Below, piece after piece: positions 22,241 to 32,379 of a stretch of DNA of 64,000 nt. The stretch covers positions 19,096,001 through 19,160,000 of the forward strand of contig CM106585.1 in assembly GCA_048013815.1 (NCBI GenBank), written 5' to 3'. Position 1 is the stretch's first letter; the number at the start of each line of letters is the position of its first letter. The DNA comes from Setoptus koraiensis (lineage: Eukaryota > Animalia > Arthropoda). The position numbers and the translations under genes are program-made. A model generated the notes under the pieces. The model did no database searches. It was not told the origin of the DNA and worked only from the letters and a program-made list of their open reading frames with translations.

Positions 22241-22477
22241 ATGAAGACTGTTGAATTTAGCAAGCACTCCTCCGTGGAGGATATTATTGTCGAGAAATCG
22301 GCCACCAGCGACAACTCATTTTACGTGGTCGACATGCAGGACATCTATCGCAAACACATCAACTGGTTGATGATGATGCCCAGAGTGAAGCCGTTCTACG
22401 CCGTCAAATGCAACGACACGCACCAAATTTTGACCTTTTTGGCGTCGCTAGGCACCGGATTCGACTGCGCCAGCAAG
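22241..22477 (+). CDS. ODC1: Ornithine decarboxylase, exon 1
   Basis: Contains PFYAVKCN (PLP-binding lysine) and FDCASK, followed by the donor AAG|GTGAGT (phase 0). Confidence 0.95.
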
Positions 22478-22540
22478 GTGAGTCCCCAATCACAGAATAT
22501 CCTCCCAGAATATCCCCCCAGAATATCCCCGAAACGCCTC

Positions 22541-22599
22541 GAACATCTCTGGGACGCCTCGAACACCTCGGCGGTGCTCGGGGCGTCTCAGAGATGCTC
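22541..22599 (+). other. 27-bp stem, 5-nt loop hairpin inside the ODC intron
   Basis: 22541-22567 pairs with 22573-22599 with 2 mismatches and 2 G-U pairs. Confidence 0.7.
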
Positions 22600-22801
22600 T
22601 GAATGCCCCAAAAATACTTCGAACGTCCCAGAAATACCGCAACGACATTTCTCCGTTGCCCCGAAACGTCTGACTCATCCCTCTGACTCATCGTTTTATC
22701 TTTCTCTTCACTAATATCACCACAATTATCATCTGTGTGATTATGAATACATTCATGAATTCATGAATTCATCACACGAACTATTCACACACACAATTCA
22801 G

Positions 22802-23743
22802 GGCGAGATCGACACCATCTTGAAGCTGGGCGTCAAGCCGGACGACATCATCTACGCGAACCCGTGCAAGACAAAGTCGTACATCAAGCACGCGCATAAC
22901 GTCGGCATCAATCTGATGACTTTCGACAACGAGCTCGAGTTGCACAAGATCGCCCAATTACATCCGGAGGCCGAGATGGTGTTGCGCATCAAGGGCGACG
23001 ACAGTCACTCGCGTTGCCAGTTCAATGTTAAGTTTGGCGCCGACTTGGACAAGTCATACGGCCTGCTCAAGCTGGCAAAAGAGCTCAACATCAGCGTGGT
23101 GGGTGTCTCGTTTCACGTAGGCAGCGACTGCGACCGGCCCGAGGTGTACACCGACGTTTTAGCCCGTTGCCGGCTCGTATTCGATTGGGCCGAATCGTTG
23201 GGTCACAAGATGCGCATTGTCGACATTGGTGGAGGATTTCCGGGCAATGTTAATGCCAAAATTGCGTTTAGCGACTACGCTACCGTTATTAATCGAGCAT
23301 TGGACACTTATTTTCCCGGAAACGATGTGCAAATCATTGCAGAGCCTGGCCGTTATTATGTGGCATCGGCGTTCACCTTGGCCGCCATGGTCATTGGCAA
23401 AAAAATCGATGAGGCCAACGATACGTTCATGTACTATCTGAACGATGGTGTCTACGGGGCATTCAACAACACCATCTTTGAGCATGCAATTGCCGAGCCC
23501 ACATTGCTTTTAGACAAGCGTGACATGTACAAGCGTAATGTTCGTATGACAACTCTATGGGGACCAACCTGCGACTCGATAGATTGCATTAGAAGCAACT
23601 TTTATTTACCTGAGTTGAGCATCGGCGAATGGTTGATATTCCCGAACATGGGCGCTTACACATCATGCGTTGCTACAGTTTTCAATGGCTTTGAGAGGGC
23701 CAAAATCATCATAGCCAACTCTGATTTCAATGAATGTAAATAA
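22802..23743 (+). CDS. ODC1: Ornithine decarboxylase, exon 2 (spliced protein about 392 aa)
   Basis: Acceptor TTCAG|GGC at 22801. Motifs IIYANPCK, KFGA, SFHVGS, DIGGGFPG, AEPGRY, WGPTCDS and MGAYT are present. Confidence 0.96.
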   Translation, partial: GEIDTILKLGVKPDDIIYANPCKTKSYIKHAHNVGINLMTFDNELELHKIAQLHPEAEMVLRIKGDDSHSRCQFNVKFGADLDKSYGLLKLAKELNISVVGVSFHVGSDCDRPEVYTDVLARCRLVFDWAESLGHKMRIVDIGGGFPGNVNAKIAFSDYATVINRALDTYFPGNDVQIIAEPGRYYVASAFTLAAMVIGKKIDEANDTFMYYLNDGVYGAFNNTIFEHAIAEPTLLLDKRDMYKRNVRMTTLWGPTCDSIDCIRSNFYLPELSIGEWLIFPNMGAYTSCVATVFNGFERAKIIIANSDFNECK

Positions 23744-23981
23744 ATTGAATCAAAAAATAAAATTTTCAGCCATTTATAATGTAGCGCTGATATTATTGCT
23801 GAATTTCAATAGTCTTCGTCGTTATCTCTCTCTCTCTCCCTGCTGCTGTTGCTCGGCAAGCACGGCGGTATTTAATTACAACCATCAGTCAGTGGTGATT
23901 GCAAAATTTCATTCAGCCAATCACTGTTGTGTGGCACTCGAATACTGGCTGAGTCGCAATAGTTGTTTGGAAAACGACGCA

Positions 23982-24971
23982 ATGCTCTTAAAATTGTTTT
24001 TACCGATCCTTGTGGTGGGTTTTCTGGCGACTGACTATGTCTACGTGTACGCACATTTCCACGAACCGGGAGAAATATCCGGCCATCGTAACGGATATTC
24101 ACGAGGAGGCAGAAAACGACCCAATGGGAGACCAAGACAACAAATTGAATGCGGTGTAAATAAATTTGGTAGAACCAGAATAACGTATGGCCAACCAGCA
24201 GAGCCCGACTTCTATCCGTGGATGGCGCGCTTCGTTAGCGCGTCTGAATCATGGTCGAGGTTTCACCTCGCGTGTGGGGGATCCATTTTGAATGAACATT
24301 TTATTCTGACAGCGGCCCATTGTCTTATTGGGCCGTCGGCCAAGAGAGTGTTTGTTGGTGACAATGATCAGTCACAAGTCGACCCAACTCAAAGAAGTTA
24401 CGCGATAGAGCAGACTTACGTGCATCCTTCTTTTAAGAATTATGAACATGATATTGGCCTGGTGAAATTAGCCGAGCCAATTGAATGGACTGATTCGATC
24501 AGGCCAATCTGTTTGCCGGCTAGGGACACCAATCTCGAGCCAGGAGCAAATCTGACAATAATAGGTTTTGGCGCAATATCAACCCGTGATGCCATGTTAC
24601 CACATTTGCTGCAAGTTTCCCATGTCCCTCTTGTTTCCGATGAAGTATGTGCCAAAACTTGGAAAACAGAGTACGTTGCAGAAAATATGTTCTGCCTCGG
24701 CGAACAAGATGAAAACGGCCTGTTAATATCTAGCCCTTGCGATGGCGATTTAGGTGGACCGGCCATGATACCGATAAATAATCGCTGGACACAAATTGGC
24801 ATAACTTCGACTTTCGATAAAAGATGTAGAACGGCAGAAAAATACGGCATTTTCACAAAATTGACCCAATATCTCGATTGGATTGAAAGTATCACTTACC
24901 CGTATGGAGTAAGAGGCGAGGCGAACCGAAAGACAGGTCATCGAAGTAGAAGAAGACAAACAAGTAGATGA
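23982..24971 (+). CDS. Secreted S1A serine-protease homologue, predicted inactive (GDSGGP -> GDLGGP)
   Basis: Signal peptide from ATG 23982 and activation site R|ITYG. TAAHC and DIGL are intact, but the catalytic Ser codon is TTA at 24750-24752. Confidence 0.9.
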   Translation: MLLKLFLPILVVGFLATDYVYVYAHFHEPGEISGHRNGYSRGGRKRPNGRPRQQIECGVNKFGRTRITYGQPAEPDFYPWMARFVSASESWSRFHLACGGSILNEHFILTAAHCLIGPSAKRVFVGDNDQSQVDPTQRSYAIEQTYVHPSFKNYEHDIGLVKLAEPIEWTDSIRPICLPARDTNLEPGANLTIIGFGAISTRDAMLPHLLQVSHVPLVSDEVCAKTWKTEYVAENMFCLGEQDENGLLISSPCDGDLGGPAMIPINNRWTQIGITSTFDKRCRTAEKYGIFTKLTQYLDWIESITYPYGVRGEANRKTGHRSRRRQTSR

Positions 24972-25340
24972 AAACGACAAAGTACAAGAGACTTGTTTGA
25001 AGAAGCCAATATTTTGAACTAACTCACTGCTACACATAACCATTGATGTTTCGTCCTCGTGTTCGCTCTTTTGTAAATCCATGCCCGGCTTTTTTCGAGA
25101 GTCGAGATTGTTCTCTGGGTAGCCAAAATCATCAATGGGTATGAGCGTAAATAAACTGAATCAAATATAACTTTCAGACTCGTTTACTATTTGCTCTCTC
25201 TGTCGCTGTTGCTCAGCATAGTATTTAATTACCACCGTCAGTCAGTGGTGATTGCAAAATTTCATTCAGCCAATCACTGTTGTGTGGCACTCGGAGACTG
25301 GCTAGATCACAATAGTTCTCCGTTTCTGAAAAACGGCGCA

Positions 25341-26264
25341 ATGCTCTTGAAGTTGTTGTTACCGCTGGCTGTGGTAGGTTTTCTGACGGCCGACCATGTC
25401 TACGTGTACGCACATTTCGACAAGCCGCGAGAAATATCTGGCCAGTATCATGGATATTCAGGAGAAAGCGGAAAACAACCGAGTAGAAGATCGAGACGAC
25501 AAATTGAATGTGGTGTAAATAAATTTGGAAGAACAAGAATAACGCATGGTCAACCAACAGAGCCGGAGGTCTATCCGTGGATGGCACGAGTTGACAGTTG
25601 TGGAGGATCAATTTTGAATGAATATTTTATTCTGACTGCTGCACATTGTATTCATAAAGATCGGCCAAAGAACGACCGAGTAATTCTTGGTGACCATTAT
25701 CGAGAAAAATTCGACCCAACTGAAATAATTTACGAGGTAGAGGAGAAATTCATGCATCCTCTTTATAAGGACGGATTATTGGGAAATGATATTGCCCTGG
25801 TGAAATTAACCAAACCAATTGAATGGACTGATTTGATCAGGCCAATCTGTTTGCCGGCTAGAGACAACAATCTTGAGCCAGGAGCAAATCTGACAATCAT
25901 AGGTTTTGGCGCAATAGAAGCCACTAGCTCCTTTTTGTATACGTTTCCAGATGTGCTGCAAGTTGCCCATGTTCCTCTTGTTTCCGAAGAAGAATGTGCC
26001 GATACTTGGAATACAGAGGAAAAGAAAAGGTACAAAGCAGAAGAAATGATCTGCCTCGGTGAACATGATGAAAATGGCATGATGAAGTCCTCCACCTGCT
26101 ATGGCGACTCAGGTGGACCGGCCATGATACCGCTAAATAATCGCTGGACACAAATTGGCATAGCTTCTTGGGGACAAAGCGGATGTAAACTGAAATACAG
26201 CGTTTACACAAGATTGACCCATTATGTCGATTGGATTGAAAGTGTCATTAATTCGCATGGGTAA
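25341..26264 (+). CDS. Secreted S1A serine protease with an intact triad and a non-tryptic S1 pocket
   Basis: ATG 25341 with signal peptide. Has R|ITHG, TAAHC, DIAL and STCYGDSGGP (Ser at position 189). Confidence 0.93.
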   Translation: MLLKLLLPLAVVGFLTADHVYVYAHFDKPREISGQYHGYSGESGKQPSRRSRRQIECGVNKFGRTRITHGQPTEPEVYPWMARVDSCGGSILNEYFILTAAHCIHKDRPKNDRVILGDHYREKFDPTEIIYEVEEKFMHPLYKDGLLGNDIALVKLTKPIEWTDLIRPICLPARDNNLEPGANLTIIGFGAIEATSSFLYTFPDVLQVAHVPLVSEEECADTWNTEEKKRYKAEEMICLGEHDENGMMKSSTCYGDSGGPAMIPLNNRWTQIGIASWGQSGCKLKYSVYTRLTHYVDWIESVINSHG

Positions 26265-26474
26265 GAAGCGAGGAAAAAGTAAGAGGAGCCAATCAAGTAG
26301 ATGAAAACGACAAAGTACAAGAGACTCGTTTGAAGAAGTCAATAATTTGAACTTACTCACTGCTAAACATAACCATTGATGTTTCGTCCTGCGCTCTTTT
26401 GTAAATCCATGCCCGGTTTTTTTCGAGAGTCGAGATTGTTCGCTGGGTAGCTGTACACCGGAAATTACTAAATG

Positions 26475-26580
26475 TTTGATCGAGCTGCATCGCTGGATCA
26501 CAAGATGCGCACGGTCGACATTGAAAGCGGATTCCATCAGCGCCAATATTCCGTCCAGCGATGACGTGGCCATTATAATA
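26475..26580 (+). pseudogene. Decayed ornithine decarboxylase fragment
   Basis: It translates as FDRAASLDHKMRTVDIESGF, then after a frameshift ANIPSSDDVAII. ODC (23180-23293) reads FDWAESLGHKMRIVDIGGGF...AKIAFSDYATVI. Confidence 0.85.
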
Positions 26581-26820
26581 TATGTCTGTCGATAACACTC
26601 TGAAATAGCCAAAATCATCAATGGGTATGAGCGTAAATAAACTGAATCAAATATAACTTTCAGACTCGCTTACTATTTGCTCTCTCTGTCGCTGTTGCTC
26701 AGCATAGTATTTAATTACCACCATCAGTCAGTGGTGATTGCAAAATTTCATTCAGCCAATCACTGTTGTGTGGCACTCGAATACTGGCTGAGTCGCAATA
26801 GTTGTTTGGAAAACGACGCA

Positions 26821-27741
26821 ATGCTCTTAAAATTGTTTTTACCGATCCTTGTGGTGGGTTTTCTGGCGACTGACTATGTCTACGTGTACGCACATTTCCA
26901 CGAACCGGGAGAAATATCCGGCCATCGTAACGGATATTCACGAGGAGGCAGAAAACGACCCAATGGGCAACCAAGACAACAAATTGAATGCGGTGTAAAT
27001 AAATTTGGTAGAACCAGAATAATTCATGGCCAACCAGCAGAGCCCGACTTCTATCCGTGGATGGCACGCCTGGGAGGTTGTGGAGGATCCATTTTGAATG
27101 AATATTTTATTCTGACAGCGGCACATTGTATTAAAAGTGAGACCGACCGAGTAATTCTTGGTGACCATAGTCGAGTCGAATACGACCCAACTGAAAAAAT
27201 TTACGAGGTAGAGGAGAAATTCGTGCATCCTCTTTATAATGAATTTGGTGCGAATTATGATATTGCCCTGGTGAAATTAACCGAACCAATTGAATGGACT
27301 GATTCGATCAGGCCAATCTGTTTGCCGACTAGAGACATCAATCTTGAGCCAGGAGCAACTCTGACAATCATAGGTTTTGGCGCAATAGAAACCACTGACA
27401 CCTTTTCGGACATAGATACGTATCCAGATGTGCTGCAAGTTGCCCATGCTCCTATTGTTTCCGAAGAAGAATGTGCCAATTCTTGGAATACAGAAAGAGA
27501 CAAACCGTACGTAGCAGAGGGAATGATCTGCCTCGGCGAACATGATGTAAATGGCGAGTTAAAATCTGGCACTTGCTATGGCGATTCAGGTGGACCGGCC
27601 ATGATGCCGATAAATGATCGCTGGACACAAATTGGCATAACTTCTTGGGGACGAAGCGGATGTAAACTAAAATACAACGTTTACACAAGATTGACCCATT
27701 ATGTCGATTGGATTGAAAGTGTCATTAATTCGCATGGGTAA
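26821..27741 (+). CDS. Secreted S1A serine protease with an intact triad; mosaic of copies 1 and 2
   Basis: ATG 26821. Has R|IIHG, TAAHC, DIAL and GTCYGDSGGP (Gly at position 189). Confidence 0.93.
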   Translation: MLLKLFLPILVVGFLATDYVYVYAHFHEPGEISGHRNGYSRGGRKRPNGQPRQQIECGVNKFGRTRIIHGQPAEPDFYPWMARLGGCGGSILNEYFILTAAHCIKSETDRVILGDHSRVEYDPTEKIYEVEEKFVHPLYNEFGANYDIALVKLTEPIEWTDSIRPICLPTRDINLEPGATLTIIGFGAIETTDTFSDIDTYPDVLQVAHAPIVSEEECANSWNTERDKPYVAEGMICLGEHDVNGELKSGTCYGDSGGPAMMPINDRWTQIGITSWGRSGCKLKYNVYTRLTHYVDWIESVINSHG

Positions 27742-27939
27742 GAAGCGAGGAAAAAGTAAGAGGAGGCAATCAAGTAGATGAAAACGACAGAGTACAGGAA
27801 GTCAGCCGGATGCGGAGCTGATATGAAGAATAAATTCTAGTCGACAGCGATATGTCGGAGCGTGTTGTTAGATTTTCATTTCAGTCTCGATATTTACATT
27901 AATATATTTGAAAAATCTATCGAAAATTAAATTAATACA

Positions 27940-30033
27940 TCAGACAAACAATGTTTCGTCTTTGCGCTTCTTCTGTAAAACTATGCCTGGCTTATTTTGA
28001 GCGTCGGGGTGGTTCGCTAATTCAGCCGGGCAGCTAGACACCGGAGACTGTAGTAGAAGCTGCTTGAGATCATAAAATAGATGAGAGTCATCTTTTGTAC
28101 AAAAACTTATTGCGACACCAGTCTTCCCGGCACGACCAGTACGACCAATTCTGTGAGTGTAATCTTCTATACTTTTGGCCATATCGTAGTTGATGACCAT
28201 ACCCACATCTTTGATGTCGATACCTCTACCGGCAACATCTGTGGCGACCAGTATATCTTTAGACTTCGATTTGATTTTGGCCATCGCCTCCTCTCTCTGC
28301 TCTTGACCCTTGCCTCCATGAAGTGTGCACGCGGCATAGTTTTGCTTCTCCAACTGTCTGGCTAAGTAATCTACAGTAACCTTCTGATTGACAAAAATAA
28401 TTACAGGCGGTTCTGGATTCTCTTTGTTTAAAATATCCATAAGTTTGTTCCATTTCGCTTGCTGCGATAGGACATAGACTCGTTGTTGTACACGATCTAC
28501 AGGTTTACCTACGGACCCTATGAAGACGGTTGCGGGCCGACGGAGATACGTTCTAGCTAGACGCTCTACTTGGGGTGGCATTGTGGCTGTAAACATCACT
28601 GTTTGTCGATATTTGTTCTTTGATTGGAGATTCTCTTTGAGAAACTGTTCATCCTCAGCCTGCTCCGAATCTGGTTTTGTATTTGTTGCGGGCATGTACT
28701 CAAGGATTTTTTGGACCTCAGGCTCAAATCCCATATCAATCATTCTATCAGCCTCATCGAGTACAACGTATGTGCAACGAGAAAGTACAAGATAACGATT
28801 TGACAGTACATCGATCAACCTTCCTACAGTGGCTATAACGATCTCCACACCTGTTCTCAGTTTGATCTCTTGCTTTTCACGAGAAACACCTCCAATAATA
28901 GTAACAGTTCTAATATCCAGGGCAGTGGCAAATTTAAGCGTTTCTTCTTCAATCTGTTGGGCTAATTCTCTGGTAGGAGCTAAAATTATAGCATATGGTC
29001 CTAAATCGACATCTTCTTGCCTATCCACCTTTGGTAGAGAAGTTATCCAAACTAATAATGGAATCAAAAAGGCGAGCGTTTTACCAGATCCTGTTTCTGC
29101 AACGCCTATTATATCACGATTTTGTAAGCCTATAGGTATTGCCTGGCGCTGTATAGGAGTCGGTTCGACATAACCACAAGATTTTATTATGGCATGGATA
29201 TCTTTTGGTAGGTCACATTCGTTCCAGTTTCTTATCGGATTGGCGACTTTTCCTCCTTTGATTGTTATATTATAGTCTTCTCTGAAAATACGCCAGTCTC
29301 GTTCTGTCATGTCTGATAGATCCTTGCGCGTCCAGTGCCTATCGCTATTTCCCTGACTGCCTTCAGCTTTCGGCCTGATACTGTCACCATAGTACTTTGC
29401 CTGCTCTCTTCTTTGGGCGTCAATATCTATGCCGCCGATATGCCCTCTGCCCAAAAACTGAACTGGATGACGTTCAGCGTAAGAGGTGTCTACACTTGTG
29501 TCTTCCGATGCATCCCAATCAAATTTAAACTTTCGATTTTCTCTTCGTCGTTGTTTTCTTTCACCTTTGATGCCCAAGTAGCGGTTTTTCATTTCATCCA
29601 ATTGTTTTTGGTCGACTTGAATATCAGGATAGCTGGCGGATTCCTTTGATGTGTTGCGTCTCGAATTTGACCCATGAGAATTAGATTGTCTTGAGGAGTT
29701 TGCATCTCTATGATGGTCCCTATTCGGTTCTCGAAATGAATCTCTATTTTGAGTTTTACTATGATCACGATTAGAATCTCTGTGAGAGTCCCTGTCAAGG
29801 TCTCTACCGGGATCCCGATGGAAGTCTCTGTTAGAATTTCTGTGGTACCTCGTGGAATCATTGCGTGACGAGTCTCTCGCATCCCTACGATGATCATCGG
29901 AATAAGGCCTGTATCTGGAGTTTGAGGACGAGGATGCGCCCCCAGAATGATGGTGAACCCTAGAGGACGAAGACCGATCTGTGTACTCGTTCCGGTCCGA
30001 CATGGTGCTGTTGAGTGGAAGCGGATTGTCCAA
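27940..30033 (-). CDS. DDX23: DEAD-box spliceosomal RNA helicase DDX23/PRP28, single exon, 697 aa
   Basis: Q-motif ([10 protein letters not shown]), [26 protein letters not shown] and [10 protein letters not shown] are present. PRP28-specific [12 protein letters not shown] and [15 protein letters not shown] are also present. Confidence 0.97.
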   Translation of the reverse strand: MDNPLPLNSTMSDRNEYTDRSSSSRVHHHSGGASSSSNSRYRPYSDDHRRDARDSSRNDSTRYHRNSNRDFHRDPGRDLDRDSHRDSNRDHSKTQNRDSFREPNRDHHRDANSSRQSNSHGSNSRRNTSKESASYPDIQVDQKQLDEMKNRYLGIKGERKQRRRENRKFKFDWDASEDTSVDTSYAERHPVQFLGRGHIGGIDIDAQRREQAKYYGDSIRPKAEGSQGNSDRHWTRKDLSDMTERDWRIFREDYNITIKGGKVANPIRNWNECDLPKDIHAIIKSCGYVEPTPIQRQAIPIGLQNRDIIGVAETGSGKTLAFLIPLLVWITSLPKVDRQEDVDLGPYAIILAPTRELAQQIEEETLKFATALDIRTVTIIGGVSREKQEIKLRTGVEIVIATVGRLIDVLSNRYLVLSRCTYVVLDEADRMIDMGFEPEVQKILEYMPATNTKPDSEQAEDEQFLKENLQSKNKYRQTVMFTATMPPQVERLARTYLRRPATVFIGSVGKPVDRVQQRVYVLSQQAKWNKLMDILNKENPEPPVIIFVNQKVTVDYLARQLEKQNYAACTLHGGKGQEQREEAMAKIKSKSKDILVATDVAGRGIDIKDVGMVINYDMAKSIEDYTHRIGRTGRAGKTGVAISFCTKDDSHLFYDLKQLLLQSPVSSCPAELANHPDAQNKPGIVLQKKRKDETLFV

Positions 30034-31085
30034 GGCGGTGTCACGGGCGTGAATATGATATATAGAATTGTAAGATAGAATACAACAATTGTAATTAACA
30101 ATTGCAACAAGATATCCGCACGGGCGAGAAAGGAAAAGAAAAAATTTATTTGCGAACAGATGGAAGCAACAACAAAAAGAAAATTAAGAAATTCAGCTCT
30201 TTGAATGTGGCGCCCATTTGTCTCGGTGCAGACAGTGTACTAAACAAGCACACATGGCATGTAAAGGGAACGTAGCCATGAAGATGTTCTATGCACCAGT
30301 GGCATGTGTGCGCCATGGAACTGCACACACTCTCACGCGGACACAGACAGTGGTATAGCGTAGCGTAGATGAGAACGGTGCTCTCTTGAGCGCATCTTGT
30401 GCACCATTAGTGTGCTGTACGACAGCAGAATGTAGTGCGCTTATCAAAGAAAAGAACGGGGGCATGAAGTACGCGAATGCTCCGGTGCTCCAGTGTGGTC
30501 CCCTACATGATTCGACGACGCGCCATACGCCTTGTGCATGCAGCAGCCGCGGCCATTGCGGCCCACTATGCACCGCGGTGTCTACACCAATTGTGCACCA
30601 TACAAAGCACACTTGCCGAGCTACGCACAGAATCGTCGCACAGAGATACTTCTCGGGTCTGGTGCGGGCCGATGTGTGAGCTGGTGGAAGGCTAACAATT
30701 TGTAAAGTGGCACACCGCAGCCACAGCCATAACATTCGTGTACGATTTGAATTGCACAGAGATGCCAATCAAAGTCGGATTGTGTGTGTACACCCAGAAA
30801 AATCGCCACTTTAATAATTGTATGGTATACGGTGCACGGCAAGCACACACACACACACACACATACTCACTATTGTGACCAACACCAGAGCTCAACCAAG
30901 GAAATTATCCTCATTGACTCAATTGACTCAATTGACAAACTCACCTTCAGTAGTATAGTAATTTGAATTTTATCCTCCATAATCTATATCTTTATCCCAC
31001 ACAGAGATAAATAGATCGGGAGGGAGAGAGAAAGAGCGAGAGCCAACTAAACGATACAACAACAACAACAAGAGCAGCGCCTACA

Positions 31086-32040
31086 ATGGATAAACGTGGT
31101 GGCAGACAAAAAGAAAAGAATCACCCCCACGAGGAGGAGGTCGAAGACATCGACGAGGACGACGATGAAGAAATAGATGACGTAGACGAGGAATACGAAG
31201 AGGAAGAAATGGAAGAGGAAGTCGACGAGGAGGCCGACGAGGAAGAGGACGAGGACGAGGAGGATCAACAAAATGATACTGCCACCTCGGACAATCAAAA
31301 CGATAACAACAATAAACAAAGTAATCAGAAACAAAAATCACAACAAAACAAATCATCATCAAGCACTGCAAACAATAATGCAAACAACAACAATAATCAA
31401 GCAAACCAAGACAAACGGCCTAGATTATCTGAGGAATTGTATGAGATTAATCTCAAAAGAAAAAAGGAGCACGTTGGTAGCGCATTGTACATTCCATTTC
31501 CAAGAAAAGTTACAGAGGACGAAGTTCGTTCGTTTGTCGGCCAAGGACCAAACATTTTTCTTGTTGGCCTACAAAAGCTAAATGCCATTGTCCGTTATAG
31601 AACACATGACGAATGCGAAAAACAATTGGCCGTTCTTAGAGAAAAAGAATTCGAGGGACAAACTATTAATATTGAACCTAAAACAGCTAAAATTGATCCA
31701 GCTAACATAGATGTCAAAACATTAATTGTCCAATATAGTAATCCTAATTTAAATATCTTAGATTTTGCGCAAGTATTTCAGACCGCAAGCTCTATATCAC
31801 TCAAGGGCACTAAGGGCAAAAAAGAGGGCCAAGAGGATCTCTCGTTTGGTTCGGCCATCGTTGTATTTACTACGCACGACGAAGCCAAAGAGGCATTCTT
31901 GGCAACAGAAAATCTCAACATTAAAGGCGAAATTTTGCATGTAGTGTTTGCTGACTTCAGACCCAACGCTGGGCAACCAAGCGGAAGAGGAGGGGGCGGC
32001 GGCGGCGGCAACTTCCAGTTTAGAAAGGACAATAACAGAG
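31086..32040 (+). CDS. Nucleolin-like protein, exon 1 (acidic N-terminal tract, two degenerate RRM-like domains)
   Basis: Long D/E tract, RRM-like segments (LYIP...AIVRYRTHDEC; GSAIVVFTTHDEA) and the start of a Gly/Arg region. Donor GAG|GTAAGT at 32041 (phase 1). Confidence 0.8.
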
Positions 32041-32152
32041 GTAAGTAGTTTTGCATTCAATCTGTTCTATCTAATTTCTTTTCCTATTCAATTATCTTCA
32101 TTCAATTATATTTATGCAATTTCTCTAATTACAAATTTTCATTATGCTATAG

Positions 32153-32379
32153 GTGGTAACTTCCGAGGTGGCAACCAAGGTGGAGGCCGACCCCAAGACG
32201 GAAACTTCAACAGAGGTCCCCGTAGAGGAGGTGGTGGAAATCGCGGAGGTGGTGGCGGTGGCCAGAGATTCGGCAACCGAAACTTCAATCAAAACCCGGG
32301 TAAATTCAACCAGAACAGAGATTTCACCCCAAATAAGAAATTCAGATCGAATACGCAAAATAACAGCTTCCACTCTTAA
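32153..32379 (+). CDS. Nucleolin-like protein, exon 2 (RGG/NF-rich tail; spliced protein about 393 aa)
   Basis: Acceptor CTATAG| at 32152 restores the frame, giving GGNFRGGNQGG...RGGGGGG. Confidence 0.8.

Noticed and set aside
23730-23981. N-terminal extension of protease 1 overlapping the ODC stop (also the TTG-started extensions at 25191 and 26677)
   Set aside because: The signal peptides begin at the aligned ATGs 23982, 25341 and 26821, so the extensions are leader sequence.
28081-30110. Several 60-170-aa ORFs overlapping DDX23, plus similar shadows over ODC, the proteases and the nucleolin-like gene
   Set aside because: They are antisense or alternative-frame shadows of well-supported genes.
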